Shown: positions 46,147 to 55,833 of the stretch, in pieces | Numbering within the stretch: position 1 is the stretch's first letter | How the letters are laid out: each line of letters starts with the position of its first letter | Source of the DNA: Candidatus Buchananbacteria bacterium | Lineage (GTDB): Bacteria; Patescibacteriota; Patescibacteriia; Buchananbacterales; UBA6539 | Length of the DNA: 64,000 nt | Direction of reading: 5' to 3' | Assembly (NCBI GenBank): GCA_041664165.1 | Contig: JBAYLH010000004.1 | Location: 11,974 to 75,973, forward strand | Position numbers and translations under genes: made by a program | Notes under the pieces: generated by a model | Told to the model about the DNA's origin: nothing | The model's database searches: none | The model's input: the letters and a program-made list of their open reading frames with translations, nothing else

Positions 46147-47820
46147 TTACAATGAAATCCGATACAAAGTCAAGTCTTCTTTTTCCAATACTTTTTTAAG
46201 AAACGAAGAATTAATCAAATCAAGCGGCGGATTATTTTTCAAAGCCGCCAAGTCATGGCTTAAAATTACATACTTAATCCCCTTGCTGGCTAGCTCTTTT
46301 GCCTGCCAATCAGGGTCTTTTTGGCTGAAAATTATCGTCTGAATTTCATTGGCTAGTTCGTTTCCGCCTTGGCTGAAAATTTCACCAATTTCCATATTTT
46401 CGCCGATAATAACTTCCCGGTCAAAAAATTCCTTGGCCGGATTCAAGGTAATCAATTTTTGGTTAAAGCCAAGCGATAGATACTGATGCCAGGGTAAAAA
46501 TAGAACTTTAAAGTCCGACTGGTCATCATTTAACAGCTGATTAGTTTGCTGCCAGCTGGCTGGAAACCAGACTGGTTTGAGCTGCCGGCTGAATCCGCCC
46601 CAGATCGGATAAGTATATAAAATCGGAATCAAAAAAACCAAAGCAATAAAATATTTTAATCTGGCAGCGAATTTATTGCTTAATTTTTCCAAAACAACAT
46701 AAAGGCCGAAAGCGGCAAAATAACTATAGCTCAAGCAAAGCAGACCGCTCCATTTCTCCGTATCGCGAAAACCCGGCCAAAACCACAGCTGGTTAAATAG
46801 AAGTTGGTTAAAGCCTTTAAAAATAGTTTCCCCGACGCCGCAAGAAAAAATAAACCCTAATATCCCGCAAAGTAAAAAAAATACAGTTTTTTCTTTTGCC
46901 GGCCGCTTCAAGCTTTGGCAGATGCCAAAAGCGACTAAGCTCAAAATGACCGCCAGCAAGCCGACCCAAAAATAAAAATTATCTTTCGGCCATAAAAAAT
47001 AATCGACCCAGGGCTGAGCTTCGCCCCAAAAACCGTACAAAGCTAAAACATTTAAAACCGTACCTAAGTGTTGATCGGAAGCGGTTTTAAAAGCCTGCCA
47101 ATTTTTTTCATCAAAACCGATAACTACCGAGTTATCGAAATTGGCGATAAAAGGCAAGAGCCAATACAAGCTAAAAACCAAAAGACTGACGCCGACCATT
47201 GATAATTTAATCACTGAATTTTTTACTAGGTTTTTATTTTTTAAATTGGCCATCAGATAATATAAGGCGTAAATAAAAATAACAACCGAAGCAATTGCCA
47301 AAAAATGAATTGAAAAAAGGCTGATTAAAAACAGCCAAAAAAACAGCCAAAAAGCATTTTTATAATCCGGATTTTGGAAAAATCGAATCAGATAAAAACT
47401 TAAAGCCGGCAAAAAAGCATAAGCAAAAAGCAATGGCCACTGGCCGGCTAAAAATCGTTCGTAAACAAATGGCGTGGCAGTGTAAAAAATTGCCGCCCAA
47501 AAAGCTAAGCCGTATTTTTTTGGCGCCGGCAAAAATCGATAGCTTAAAAAACCAATCAGAAAAAATAGGCAAAAAATCATTACTTTTTCAATTACCCAGC
47601 CGGGCAGCAAATAATTGGCAAAATTTAAAACATATTTTAAAAGTAAAGTATTATGGGGCATCCCGGCGCCGAAAAGCACTTTAAGCTTAGGGACAAAAAT
47701 CATATCCAAACTTAAAATATACCCCGGCAAAAGCATTTGCCAAGAGATCAGAACCGAAACCAAAGCAAAAAATAAGCCGGCTAAAATATTTTTATTGGAT
47801 TGTTTAGTTGTATCTTTCAT
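46147..47820 (-). CDS. Polytopic membrane protein, probable GT-C-type glycosyltransferase
   Basis: GYILSLDM, PFVYER..AGQ, GFRDT.K.., KVLFLPW..Y; many TMs; glycosylation-cluster context. Confidence 0.6.
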   Translation of the reverse strand: MKDTTKQSNKNILAGLFFALVSVLISWQMLLPGYILSLDMIFVPKLKVLFGAGMPHNTLLLKYVLNFANYLLPGWVIEKVMIFCLFFLIGFLSYRFLPAPKKYGLAFWAAIFYTATPFVYERFLAGQWPLLFAYAFLPALSFYLIRFFQNPDYKNAFWLFFWLFLISLFSIHFLAIASVVIFIYALYYLMANLKNKNLVKNSVIKLSMVGVSLLVFSLYWLLPFIANFDNSVVIGFDEKNWQAFKTASDQHLGTVLNVLALYGFWGEAQPWVDYFLWPKDNFYFWVGLLAVILSLVAFGICQSLKRPAKEKTVFFLLCGILGFIFSCGVGETIFKGFNQLLFNQLWFWPGFRDTEKWSGLLCLSYSYFAAFGLYVVLEKLSNKFAARLKYFIALVFLIPILYTYPIWGGFSRQLKPVWFPASWQQTNQLLNDDQSDFKVLFLPWHQYLSLGFNQKLITLNPAKEFFDREVIIGENMEIGEIFSQGGNELANEIQTIIFSQKDPDWQAKELASKGIKYVILSHDLAALKNNPPLDLINSSFLKKVLEKEDLTLYRISL

Positions 47821-48520
47821 TGGTAATGTCGATAAAAGCCAGCAAATTAATCACTAATAAAATTATGACAAAAGCGGAAAACCGGAAGTAGCTGCCGTTA
47901 ACCGATAAATTAAAGCCAGTGACGCTCAAATAGATAAAGACGACGGCCAAGTTGATAGTGGCAATAAAGATATTATTTTTTTGCTTCCCCCAGTTTTTTA
48001 ACGAGGTTTTAAGCTTAGCCGAAAAATTTCGGTTTTTAAAGCTAACCGATTTATCAGCTCTCGACGTTTTTTCGCCCTTAACGGAAATTACAAACGAGAT
48101 TATGTTTATCAAGGCTAAGACCAAAAAAAGAATAATAAAGCGGTAATAATTTTGTTGGTTTGGCAATTCAGCGCCAAAAAGCAACAAATAAACGATAACC
48201 ACGAAAATATTGCCAAAACTTGGCCAAAGGCGGTTATTGATAAAAATTTTTCGCCGGTTTTTTGCCGATTGGGTAACTAGCTCAGTTTTTGATTTTACCG
48301 TCTCGGCAAATTTTTGCGGCTCGGTTTTGAACTCGAACATCCGGGCTGTCGTCGCCATTAATAAAAATAAATAAATCCAGACTGCAAAAATTTCGGCTAG
48401 ATTATAGTTAGCAAAAATTAGGGCAACCAGGCAGCCGCCCAAAGAAATTAAGCCTAAGCAAGAAGCTAACAATGCTTCCCGATCGAAATTTTTAAATATT
48501 TTTTTAATTTTTTCTGGCAT
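47804..48520 (-). CDS. Hypothetical membrane protein (start probably ATG 48520)
   Basis: Six TMs, the last four forming a duplicated pair. Confidence 0.6.
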   Translation of the reverse strand: MPEKIKKIFKNFDREALLASCLGLISLGGCLVALIFANYNLAEIFAVWIYLFLLMATTARMFEFKTEPQKFAETVKSKTELVTQSAKNRRKIFINNRLWPSFGNIFVVIVYLLLFGAELPNQQNYYRFIILFLVLALINIISFVISVKGEKTSRADKSVSFKNRNFSAKLKTSLKNWGKQKNNIFIATINLAVVFIYLSVTGFNLSVNGSYFRFSAFVIILLVINLLAFIDITNERYN

Positions 48521-50645
48521 AAAACAGCAAAAAGATGAATAAGGCCGCGCAACCGCCGAAAATAACATCAGTCAATCGGTTAAAACTATTTTCCATCGTT
48601 AAATCAAGATCATAGCTGCCGTCACTGTTTTTTTGGCACCGAAATTTTTCCTCACATAAAACCTTGGCGTCAATCCACCAGCCATTGTCATAATTATTAA
48701 TTTGGAAATGATTAGCTTCGGCAATTGATTTACGATCAGCCGAATAAATCTTCCAGGTTTGACTGTATTTTTTGGGATAAACCAATAGAAATGGATTCTT
48801 GATTCCCTGCAAACTAAGCTGATATTTCCAAACATTAATCGGCTTGGCGGTTAAAGACTCCGGCCTAATTTTTTCGATATTATTTTTGGCATATAGATAG
48901 TAGCTATAAATTCCTTTCGGCGCAAATTCAGAAAGTTTCACGTTATCATACAAATCAACAATATTTTTCGAGCCATCCGAAGGGGCGTAAAAATAAAGCT
49001 GAAATGTGTCAACATTATTCACATCCGAGCTGACAATGGCTTCAAAGGTGTGCCACTGATTATCGGTAGCTTCAAAAGATTCAAAATTATCTTGGTTTTT
49101 ACCGGCTTCATTTTTAAAATTATAATAATACTGGACTTTTCCGCCTTCTAAATTTTTATAATCGAAAGCCAATTTATAAAGCTTGTCATTTTCAATTTTG
49201 ACCGGAAAAGACCGCAAGGTACAGGCAAAATGGTTATTGGAAAAAAGCTGAAGCGCATTTTTTCCCGCCGTGGCGTCCGAAACGATGGCTGAACCGATTT
49301 GGGGCCGGCCGGGAAGATAATTGCTGCAATCAGACACTTCGTTTTCCCATAAACCAGCTTCAAAAGACGGGTTGAAATCTTTTAACAAATTAATATCCGA
49401 GCCAAGATAGCTAAACGAATTATTCCCGCTTTTTAAGGTCAACCAGTTACTAAGGCCAAAATTAGCCGGGAAATCCGACCTAGAAATAGCAACCTCTCGC
49501 TCGGAAACAAAAGCAATTAATCTGACATTATCATATAAATTAACGACATTTTTCGAGCCATCCGATGGGGCATAAAAATAAAGACTGAAACTGTCAACAC
49601 CTTGAATCTGAGGAATAATAACGTTACTGAAGGTGTGCCACTTAAAATCAGCAACATTAACCAGGCCGAATTTTTCCTGCAACTGGTCGGAACCATTTTT
49701 AAAATTATAATAATACTGGACTTTTCCACCTTCTAAATTTTTATAATCGAAAGCCAATTTATAAAGCTTGTCATTTTCAATTTTGACCGGAAAAGACCGC
49801 AAGGTACAGGCAAAATGGTTATTGGAAAAAAGCTGAAGCGCATTTTTCCCCGCCGTGGCGTCCGAAACGATGGCTGAACCGATTTGGGGCCGGCCGGGAA
49901 GATAAGCCGAACAATCAGCCGCCGTTTTTTCCCATAGACCGGCTTCAAAAGAAAAGTTGTCATTTTCCAATAAATTCTTGCCGATTGAGTGGTAAAACCT
50001 GATTTTGTTTTTGAATAAATCAGCCAAAGACGTGCTTGAGTCGTTTTGATAAGTTGAAAAATCAACTACCAAATCCCCGATTTTAATCAGGCTGTTTGCC
50101 TCAACGTCAGTAACGGTAAAAATCACGACATCATTTAATTTGATACTGCTGCCATTCAAGTCCAGTCTTTGACCGGGCAAAATAAAGTTGACTTTTTTGC
50201 CGGCCAAATCGTATTGAATTTTTAAAATACTGTTTTCGTTGACATCAGCTTTAAACTCAAAGGGCAAATTGAAACTAAAGCTATTTATAAACTCAGAAAA
50301 ATTAAACGAGTAATCGCTGAAAATTTTTAAATAGATATTTTCTGCCCCGGTCAAGAGCGGACTTATATTTTTAGCCAGATTAATACCGGCGTTATTAATT
50401 ACCGCCGCTTTTTGGCCGGCCGCTTGGTTTTTTTTAATGTCAGTCAGCAAAAATTCAGAATTAACCGATTTCGATTGATTATTTTTTTGATCGGTAAAAA
50501 CCAAAGAAACGCTGTCGGCAACATACGGCTGATAGCCAAAATTAATATTTTTTTTATAAAAACCCACCAGCAGATAAGAACTGACAAAAATCAGCAATAT
50601 GACCGCCAAAGCTCCTGGTTTAATTTTTAATTTTTTAGCTTTCAT
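48504..50645 (-). CDS. Membrane-anchored protein with duplicated CBM4/9-like domains
   Basis: Two NLL..N.SFE.GLW...YDNV domains; terminal TMs. Confidence 0.7.
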   Translation of the reverse strand: MKAKKLKIKPGALAVILLIFVSSYLLVGFYKKNINFGYQPYVADSVSLVFTDQKNNQSKSVNSEFLLTDIKKNQAAGQKAAVINNAGINLAKNISPLLTGAENIYLKIFSDYSFNFSEFINSFSFNLPFEFKADVNENSILKIQYDLAGKKVNFILPGQRLDLNGSSIKLNDVVIFTVTDVEANSLIKIGDLVVDFSTYQNDSSTSLADLFKNKIRFYHSIGKNLLENDNFSFEAGLWEKTAADCSAYLPGRPQIGSAIVSDATAGKNALQLFSNNHFACTLRSFPVKIENDKLYKLAFDYKNLEGGKVQYYYNFKNGSDQLQEKFGLVNVADFKWHTFSNVIIPQIQGVDSFSLYFYAPSDGSKNVVNLYDNVRLIAFVSEREVAISRSDFPANFGLSNWLTLKSGNNSFSYLGSDINLLKDFNPSFEAGLWENEVSDCSNYLPGRPQIGSAIVSDATAGKNALQLFSNNHFACTLRSFPVKIENDKLYKLAFDYKNLEGGKVQYYYNFKNEAGKNQDNFESFEATDNQWHTFEAIVSSDVNNVDTFQLYFYAPSDGSKNIVDLYDNVKLSEFAPKGIYSYYLYAKNNIEKIRPESLTAKPINVWKYQLSLQGIKNPFLLVYPKKYSQTWKIYSADRKSIAEANHFQINNYDNGWWIDAKVLCEEKFRCQKNSDGSYDLDLTMENSFNRLTDVIFGGCAALFIFLLFYARKN
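49109..49905. repeat. 212-bp intragenic near-identical direct repeat (49109-49320, 49694-49905)
   Basis: Offset 585 bp; 2 mismatches. Confidence 0.93.
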
Positions 50646-53040
50646 GACGCCTCGTTTTAATTATTTCTAAAATGCTCAGCAAAATCAGAAGTAAAAAAGT
50701 TAGCCCGGAAACCGTCAAAGTCAGCGAATAAGGCATTTGTTTTTCAAAATAGATCATTAAATAAAGTTCATCACCGGCCTGATAATCCCGAGGAATATCT
50801 CCGGGGGCGATTAAAAAAAGATTTCCGATAATGTTGCCTTTGAAATGATTTTCCGGCTTAAGATATTTTTTGGCGATAAGGCCGAAATCAGCATAGTCAA
50901 AAGACGTGCTAGAAAAATGACAGCGGCGGTTTTCGGTCGTCTCAAAATTTTCCCAGGCCGTCTGGCATTCGACATTATCCCAATCTTTTTTGTCAATAAA
51001 ATAGACCCGCCAATTATCAGAAAAAGTTTGATTGAACTGCAATAAAAACGGGTAAGCCTTATTAACATTCAATTTCAAATAATACTTGTTGGCATTATCC
51101 GCGGCCGCTTTATAGGAAACATAGGGACTATTAAGAGAAAAATTGATGTCTTTAATGGAATTGACGCTATTTAATTCCGACTTGCTGAGTAAAACCGGCT
51201 TTTGTTCGATATTTAATTTATCATTATAAAAATTATTCACATCCAGGCCTAAAATATTTTTTGGACAATAAATAAAAAAATCGTAATTGTCGGCTCCATT
51301 GAACCGATAATGGGTAAAATTATTATTCTGCTCGGCGATATAAAAATTTGCCTGCCGGCTAAGCTGATTTTTGATTTTCAAAGAATTATTTTCTAAATTT
51401 AAAACCTGATAGGTATCAATATTTTTGTCGGCGTTCACAACGTCATGAAAAATAAAAATATTTTTGAGATTAAAAATTGCCAAATTATTAATATTTATTT
51501 GGCCTAAATTATCGTAAATCTCGTTGTAGAACCGGACAAAGTCATTATCAACTAGCCTCAAATTCGGAACGATCAAGCTTTCGTATTTTGTGTAAAAAAA
51601 AGAATTTAGGTCTAGATAATATGGCGCCCAGTTAAACTTCAGCCAATGATAAGGAGCAAAAATCGTTGCCTCCGAGAAAGTATAACTATTTTTACTAATC
51701 AAATCCGATTGATAACCGGCCGGTATATTGCTGACTTTTTTAAAACCATAATGACCCGATAGAAATGGCAATAAATTAACCGCCAGATAAATAACGATCA
51801 AAAAACTAAAAATTTTAACTTTTTTTCCGGGCCGCTCAAGTTTAGACAAGCTGCCAACCAGGATAACGACCAAAAAAGAGTAGAACAGGCTTTGGCTAAA
51901 TTGTAAAAACCCGTAGTCGTTATATAGAAAAACAAAAATCGTCTTATTGAGATGGGAAAAAATATTAAAAGAAGTAAAAAAAGCCAAAGTGTTTAAAAGA
52001 AAAATTAAACAAATTAAAATAATAATTCTCAAACCGCTTTTGTTTTTTAGCCAGATTAAGGCGGCTAGCAACAGGCCGATATTAAAAGCAATCTGAACCG
52101 TTTTAAAAAATTCAAAGCGGCCGGACGCCGCAAAATTATCGGCAAAACCGGGAATTCCCAAATGATTGTAAAAAAAACTTAAAGCTGACGGGGTGAAACC
52201 GCCGGGATGGGAAAAAGAATTAGTAAAAGATTGTTTAAAGTTGTAATTAGCCTGTTCAAACTTGCTAAAAGCATCCTGGTAATTACTGACGATGCTATCG
52301 GAACTGGCCAAGGAAGGAAAACTGGTGGTTAAAATCGGACTGGCGCAGAGACCGAAGACCAGAGAAAAAAAGAGCCAGCGGGATAAATTAAAATATTTTT
52401 TATCATAAAAAACCCAGATAATCGCCAACAGAGAAAAAATAATAATCGGAATTAACCGCAGATAAGAAAACAGATAGACGCCAAAAAAAACCGAGACTGC
52501 TAAATTATGCACCTTCCCCTTTTCCAGATAATTCAGAAAAAAATAGCAAAAAATAATAAATGATACATAAACATAACTAATCGTAAAAAGAGTGGCAACC
52601 AGGAGCGAAAACGGATTAAAAGCTAAAAATAAAGCTCCCAGCCCGATACTTAGATCACTAGCATCGGGCATTAATTTTTTCAGTAGTTTTTGGCCGAAAT
52701 AAAAACCTAAAAAATAATACAAAAAGTAATAAATAATTTGGCCTAAATCCGAACCAAAAATCGAAGTTAGTAAAAGCTGATAAAAAGAAATAATTAAATG
52801 GGCGAAACTCATGGCGGAATTATCAAAACCGAAATAAAACCCGTCAGTTCTGACAAATTGGCCGAGTTTGGACAAAGCGAGTCTTTTCGCCTGCAAAACA
52901 CTATCGTAATAAAAACCGCTGTCGGCAAAGGCCCAAATTCCCCGCTGGAAAATTAAAAATGACATGGCGATAAAAGCAAAAATCAAAAACCAAATCCAAT
53001 GCCACTGAGATTTAATAATATTTTTTAGCTTATCGGTCAT
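50635..53040 (-). CDS. Large polytopic membrane protein, possible GT-C-type glycosyltransferase
   Basis: W.F.D in first loop, FNPF motif, about 11 TMs, extracytoplasmic domain and C-terminal TM. Confidence 0.6.
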   Translation of the reverse strand: MTDKLKNIIKSQWHWIWFLIFAFIAMSFLIFQRGIWAFADSGFYYDSVLQAKRLALSKLGQFVRTDGFYFGFDNSAMSFAHLIISFYQLLLTSIFGSDLGQIIYYFLYYFLGFYFGQKLLKKLMPDASDLSIGLGALFLAFNPFSLLVATLFTISYVYVSFIIFCYFFLNYLEKGKVHNLAVSVFFGVYLFSYLRLIPIIIFSLLAIIWVFYDKKYFNLSRWLFFSLVFGLCASPILTTSFPSLASSDSIVSNYQDAFSKFEQANYNFKQSFTNSFSHPGGFTPSALSFFYNHLGIPGFADNFAASGRFEFFKTVQIAFNIGLLLAALIWLKNKSGLRIIILICLIFLLNTLAFFTSFNIFSHLNKTIFVFLYNDYGFLQFSQSLFYSFLVVILVGSLSKLERPGKKVKIFSFLIVIYLAVNLLPFLSGHYGFKKVSNIPAGYQSDLISKNSYTFSEATIFAPYHWLKFNWAPYYLDLNSFFYTKYESLIVPNLRLVDNDFVRFYNEIYDNLGQININNLAIFNLKNIFIFHDVVNADKNIDTYQVLNLENNSLKIKNQLSRQANFYIAEQNNNFTHYRFNGADNYDFFIYCPKNILGLDVNNFYNDKLNIEQKPVLLSKSELNSVNSIKDINFSLNSPYVSYKAAADNANKYYLKLNVNKAYPFLLQFNQTFSDNWRVYFIDKKDWDNVECQTAWENFETTENRRCHFSSTSFDYADFGLIAKKYLKPENHFKGNIIGNLFLIAPGDIPRDYQAGDELYLMIYFEKQMPYSLTLTVSGLTFLLLILLSILEIIKTRRHES

Positions 53041-53863
53041 GATAAATTGCTTTCTTGTATAAACCTTCGAACCTTTGCCGCTGCCGGCCGGAAAACAACA
53101 CTCCGACGAGTAGCTGAAGATAAATTAAAATATGCTGTTTTAAGCTTAAGTCTAGCTTGAATGTCTTGATGGTTTCTTTTCTTAAGCGGAAAGCTTTCCA
53201 AGCGTTAGTTTTAGCCTGATGAGCCGTCGAACCGGAGTGATAACGGTAAAACAATAAAAATTTATTAACATTAGAAATTTTGTATCCTGAATAGACGACT
53301 CGATACCATAAATCAAGATCTTCGAGGTATAAATAATTTTGGCGGTAAGCACCGACTTTTTTGATCACCGATTTCCGAAACATCACGGCCGGGTGGACAA
53401 CTGGCAAATAAATAATCAATTCCTTTTTAATTGTTTCCGGATCAACTAGCTTGGTTCGATAGTCGATTTTTTTGTCATTTTCATCGATGATTTTAACAAA
53501 ACTGCCGACCACGGCAATCTCGGGATAAAATTTCAAAAAATTAAACTGCTCGAAAAAACGATTTCTAACCGCAATGTCATCGCCGTCCATCCGGGCGATA
53601 ATTTCCGCTTTGGCGGTTTTTAAACCGTAATTCAAGTTATGAACAATCCCCTGGTTATTTTCATTTTTAATATAGATAATTCTCGGGTCAGCCAAATACT
53701 TTTTAACAACCCGATCCGAGCCATCGGTTGAAGCGTCATTAATTAAGATCAGCTCAAAATCGGAAAAAGTCTGATTTAAAATACTTTCGATCGCTTTGGT
53801 CAAAAATAACTGGGCGTTATAGAAAGGCATGATCACTGAAATTTTTGGCGTAATTTCCGGCAT
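53030..53863 (-). CDS. Glycosyltransferase family 2
   Basis: ISVIMP.YN, INDASTD, RMDGDD, EDLDLW. Confidence 0.93.
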   Translation of the reverse strand: MPEITPKISVIMPFYNAQLFLTKAIESILNQTFSDFELILINDASTDGSDRVVKKYLADPRIIYIKNENNQGIVHNLNYGLKTAKAEIIARMDGDDIAVRNRFFEQFNFLKFYPEIAVVGSFVKIIDENDKKIDYRTKLVDPETIKKELIIYLPVVHPAVMFRKSVIKKVGAYRQNYLYLEDLDLWYRVVYSGYKISNVNKFLLFYRYHSGSTAHQAKTNAWKAFRLRKETIKTFKLDLSLKQHILIYLQLLVGVLFSGRQRQRFEGLYKKAIYHDR

Positions 53864-53865
53864 AA

Positions 53866-54684
53866 CTAATTTTTATTTCTGAATAAATTAAATATTGCGA
53901 CCCGAAAACGGGCGGGAAGAAGGTAAAGCGTCAGCCACTGAAAAAAATTATATAAAAAATCAAAACCGGAAAAATGATAAGCTTGATTATCCAAAAACTG
54001 CCGACGGATTTTCAAAGTATTTAATTCAAGATTTTTTAATTTCTGGTAAGTAATCGAATTTTTTTGCTGGCGGTATTTTAAAATTACTTCCGATAAATTC
54101 GCAAATTGGTAAAATTGGCCGATTCTAAAGGCTAATTCCAAGTCTTCGGCGACCGGCAATTGCTCATTATATAAGCCGATTTTGACAAAAACTTCCCGGG
54201 TAATCATGGCGGCCGGCTGAGCCACCGGCGAATAACGAAATATTTTTTTTCTTAATTCCGAATCTAAGGCTTGATATTTACGAACACTGATAACTTTACC
54301 GTCGGCAAAAAATTCGAGCCAGCCGCCGCAGATTCCAACCTTCGGGCTACTAAGCATTAATTGATATTGTTTTTCCAGCCGCCTTGGCCGGGAAACGTCA
54401 TCAGCATCTTGCCAGGCCAAATATTTTCCCTTCGCCAAACTGACTAATTTGTTCCGATTGGCCGGGATGCCTAAATTAAATTTATTTTTAAAAACAACGA
54501 TCCTTGAATCTTGAGCGGCGAATCTTTGAATAATCGGCCAAGTCCCGTCAGTTGAAGCATCGTCAATAATAACGAACTCAAAATTAAAAAAAGTCTGGTT
54601 TAAGACACTTTCAATTGCCTCGGCGATATAAGATTCGGAATTGTAGGCCGTCATTAGAACTGAGACTGCCGGAGTTTCGGACAT
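53866..54684 (-). CDS. Glycosyltransferase family 2 (start probably ATG 54684)
   Basis: VSVLM..YN, IDDASTD, QDADD, AEDLEL. Confidence 0.92.
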   Translation of the reverse strand: MSETPAVSVLMTAYNSESYIAEAIESVLNQTFFNFEFVIIDDASTDGTWPIIQRFAAQDSRIVVFKNKFNLGIPANRNKLVSLAKGKYLAWQDADDVSRPRRLEKQYQLMLSSPKVGICGGWLEFFADGKVISVRKYQALDSELRKKIFRYSPVAQPAAMITREVFVKIGLYNEQLPVAEDLELAFRIGQFYQFANLSEVILKYRQQKNSITYQKLKNLELNTLKIRRQFLDNQAYHFSGFDFLYNFFQWLTLYLLPARFRVAIFNLFRNKN

Positions 54685-54691
54685 ATAGATT

Positions 54692-55645
54692 TTACCGGTT
54701 AAAATTTTTCTTTTCTCTGACAATGTATAGTGGCCGATTCATCGCTTCGCTTTGGATACTGCCAATATACAAAGCAATTAGGCCGAGGCAGCTCAAAATT
54801 ATGCCGGTCATAAATAAATTAATTACCGCCAAAATCGCCGACCCGGAGAAATTAAATCCCGTCACATCGCCTAGAATGTATTTATCGATAAAAATAAATA
54901 AACCCAGCGGCCCGGAAAACAAAATTATTAATACCCCTAAATAGCCGGCAAATTTCAAAGGAAAAAGGCTATGGGAAATAAAAGCTGAAACTGACAAATG
55001 CAAAAGCTTCAACCGGTTGTAAGAAGCTTGGCCGTTAGCCCGTTGGTTTGGCGTAAAATAAATATAGTCTTTACTAAAACCCAGCCAGTCTAAAAGCCCG
55101 CGGGCAATTCGGCCGTGTTCGGTAAACCGGTTAAATTCGTTAATGACTTTTCGGTCGATTAAACGGAAATCGGTTGCCCGAGCCGAAATTTTTGTCTCGC
55201 CGATGAAATCCATAATTTTGTAAAAGGCCAAAGAACCAACTTTTTTGATTAAACCAGAGCGCTTACTTTTTTCTCTGACGCCGATAACCATCTCCGCCCC
55301 GGCTTGCCATTTTTCAACAAACTGAGGAATTAATTCAACGGGGTGCTGCAAATCAGCGTCAATAATTATTGCCGCCTCGCCCTTGGCATTATGCAAACCG
55401 GCGGTAACGGCGATTTCCTTGCCGAAATTACGGGAAAAATCTAAATAGCTTACCCGGCTGTCAATCTTTGTTAATTCATTAATTTTTTCAAGACTTTGAT
55501 CAATTGAACCGTCATTAACAAAAATAATTTCATAACTAAAACCCGAGCCTAACCGGTTCAGCTCAGGCATCAAGGCTTGATAAATTAACGGAATATTATC
55601 CTGTTCGTTGCAAATCGGGATAATAATAGAAAGTAATTTATTCAT
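54692..55645 (-). CDS. GtrB-like polyprenol-phosphate glycosyltransferase (GT2)
   Basis: NDGS.D, SRNFGKE, DADLQHP, DFRL, two C-terminal TMs, RPLY. Confidence 0.9.
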   Translation of the reverse strand: MNKLLSIIIPICNEQDNIPLIYQALMPELNRLGSGFSYEIIFVNDGSIDQSLEKINELTKIDSRVSYLDFSRNFGKEIAVTAGLHNAKGEAAIIIDADLQHPVELIPQFVEKWQAGAEMVIGVREKSKRSGLIKKVGSLAFYKIMDFIGETKISARATDFRLIDRKVINEFNRFTEHGRIARGLLDWLGFSKDYIYFTPNQRANGQASYNRLKLLHLSVSAFISHSLFPLKFAGYLGVLIILFSGPLGLFIFIDKYILGDVTGFNFSGSAILAVINLFMTGIILSCLGLIALYIGSIQSEAMNRPLYIVREKKNFNR

Positions 55646-55833
55646 AAATATTAATAAAATGGCTTAATTTGGATAAAATTTAATTGATATCTTAACTCGA
55701 TTGAACCAGATAATATATCAAAAAACTGCTTAAAAGTCAATAGCGACAATATTTGCGACAATATTTGATTTAAAAAACAAATACCCGACGCTAGCTAGCG
55801 GGTATTAATTTCCCTCCGATAATCATAAATTTT

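Noticed and set aside
49109-49905. DGR template/variable repeat pair
   Set aside because: Both copies are coding, the two mismatches are synonymous and not both at adenines, and there is no reverse transcriptase in the window.
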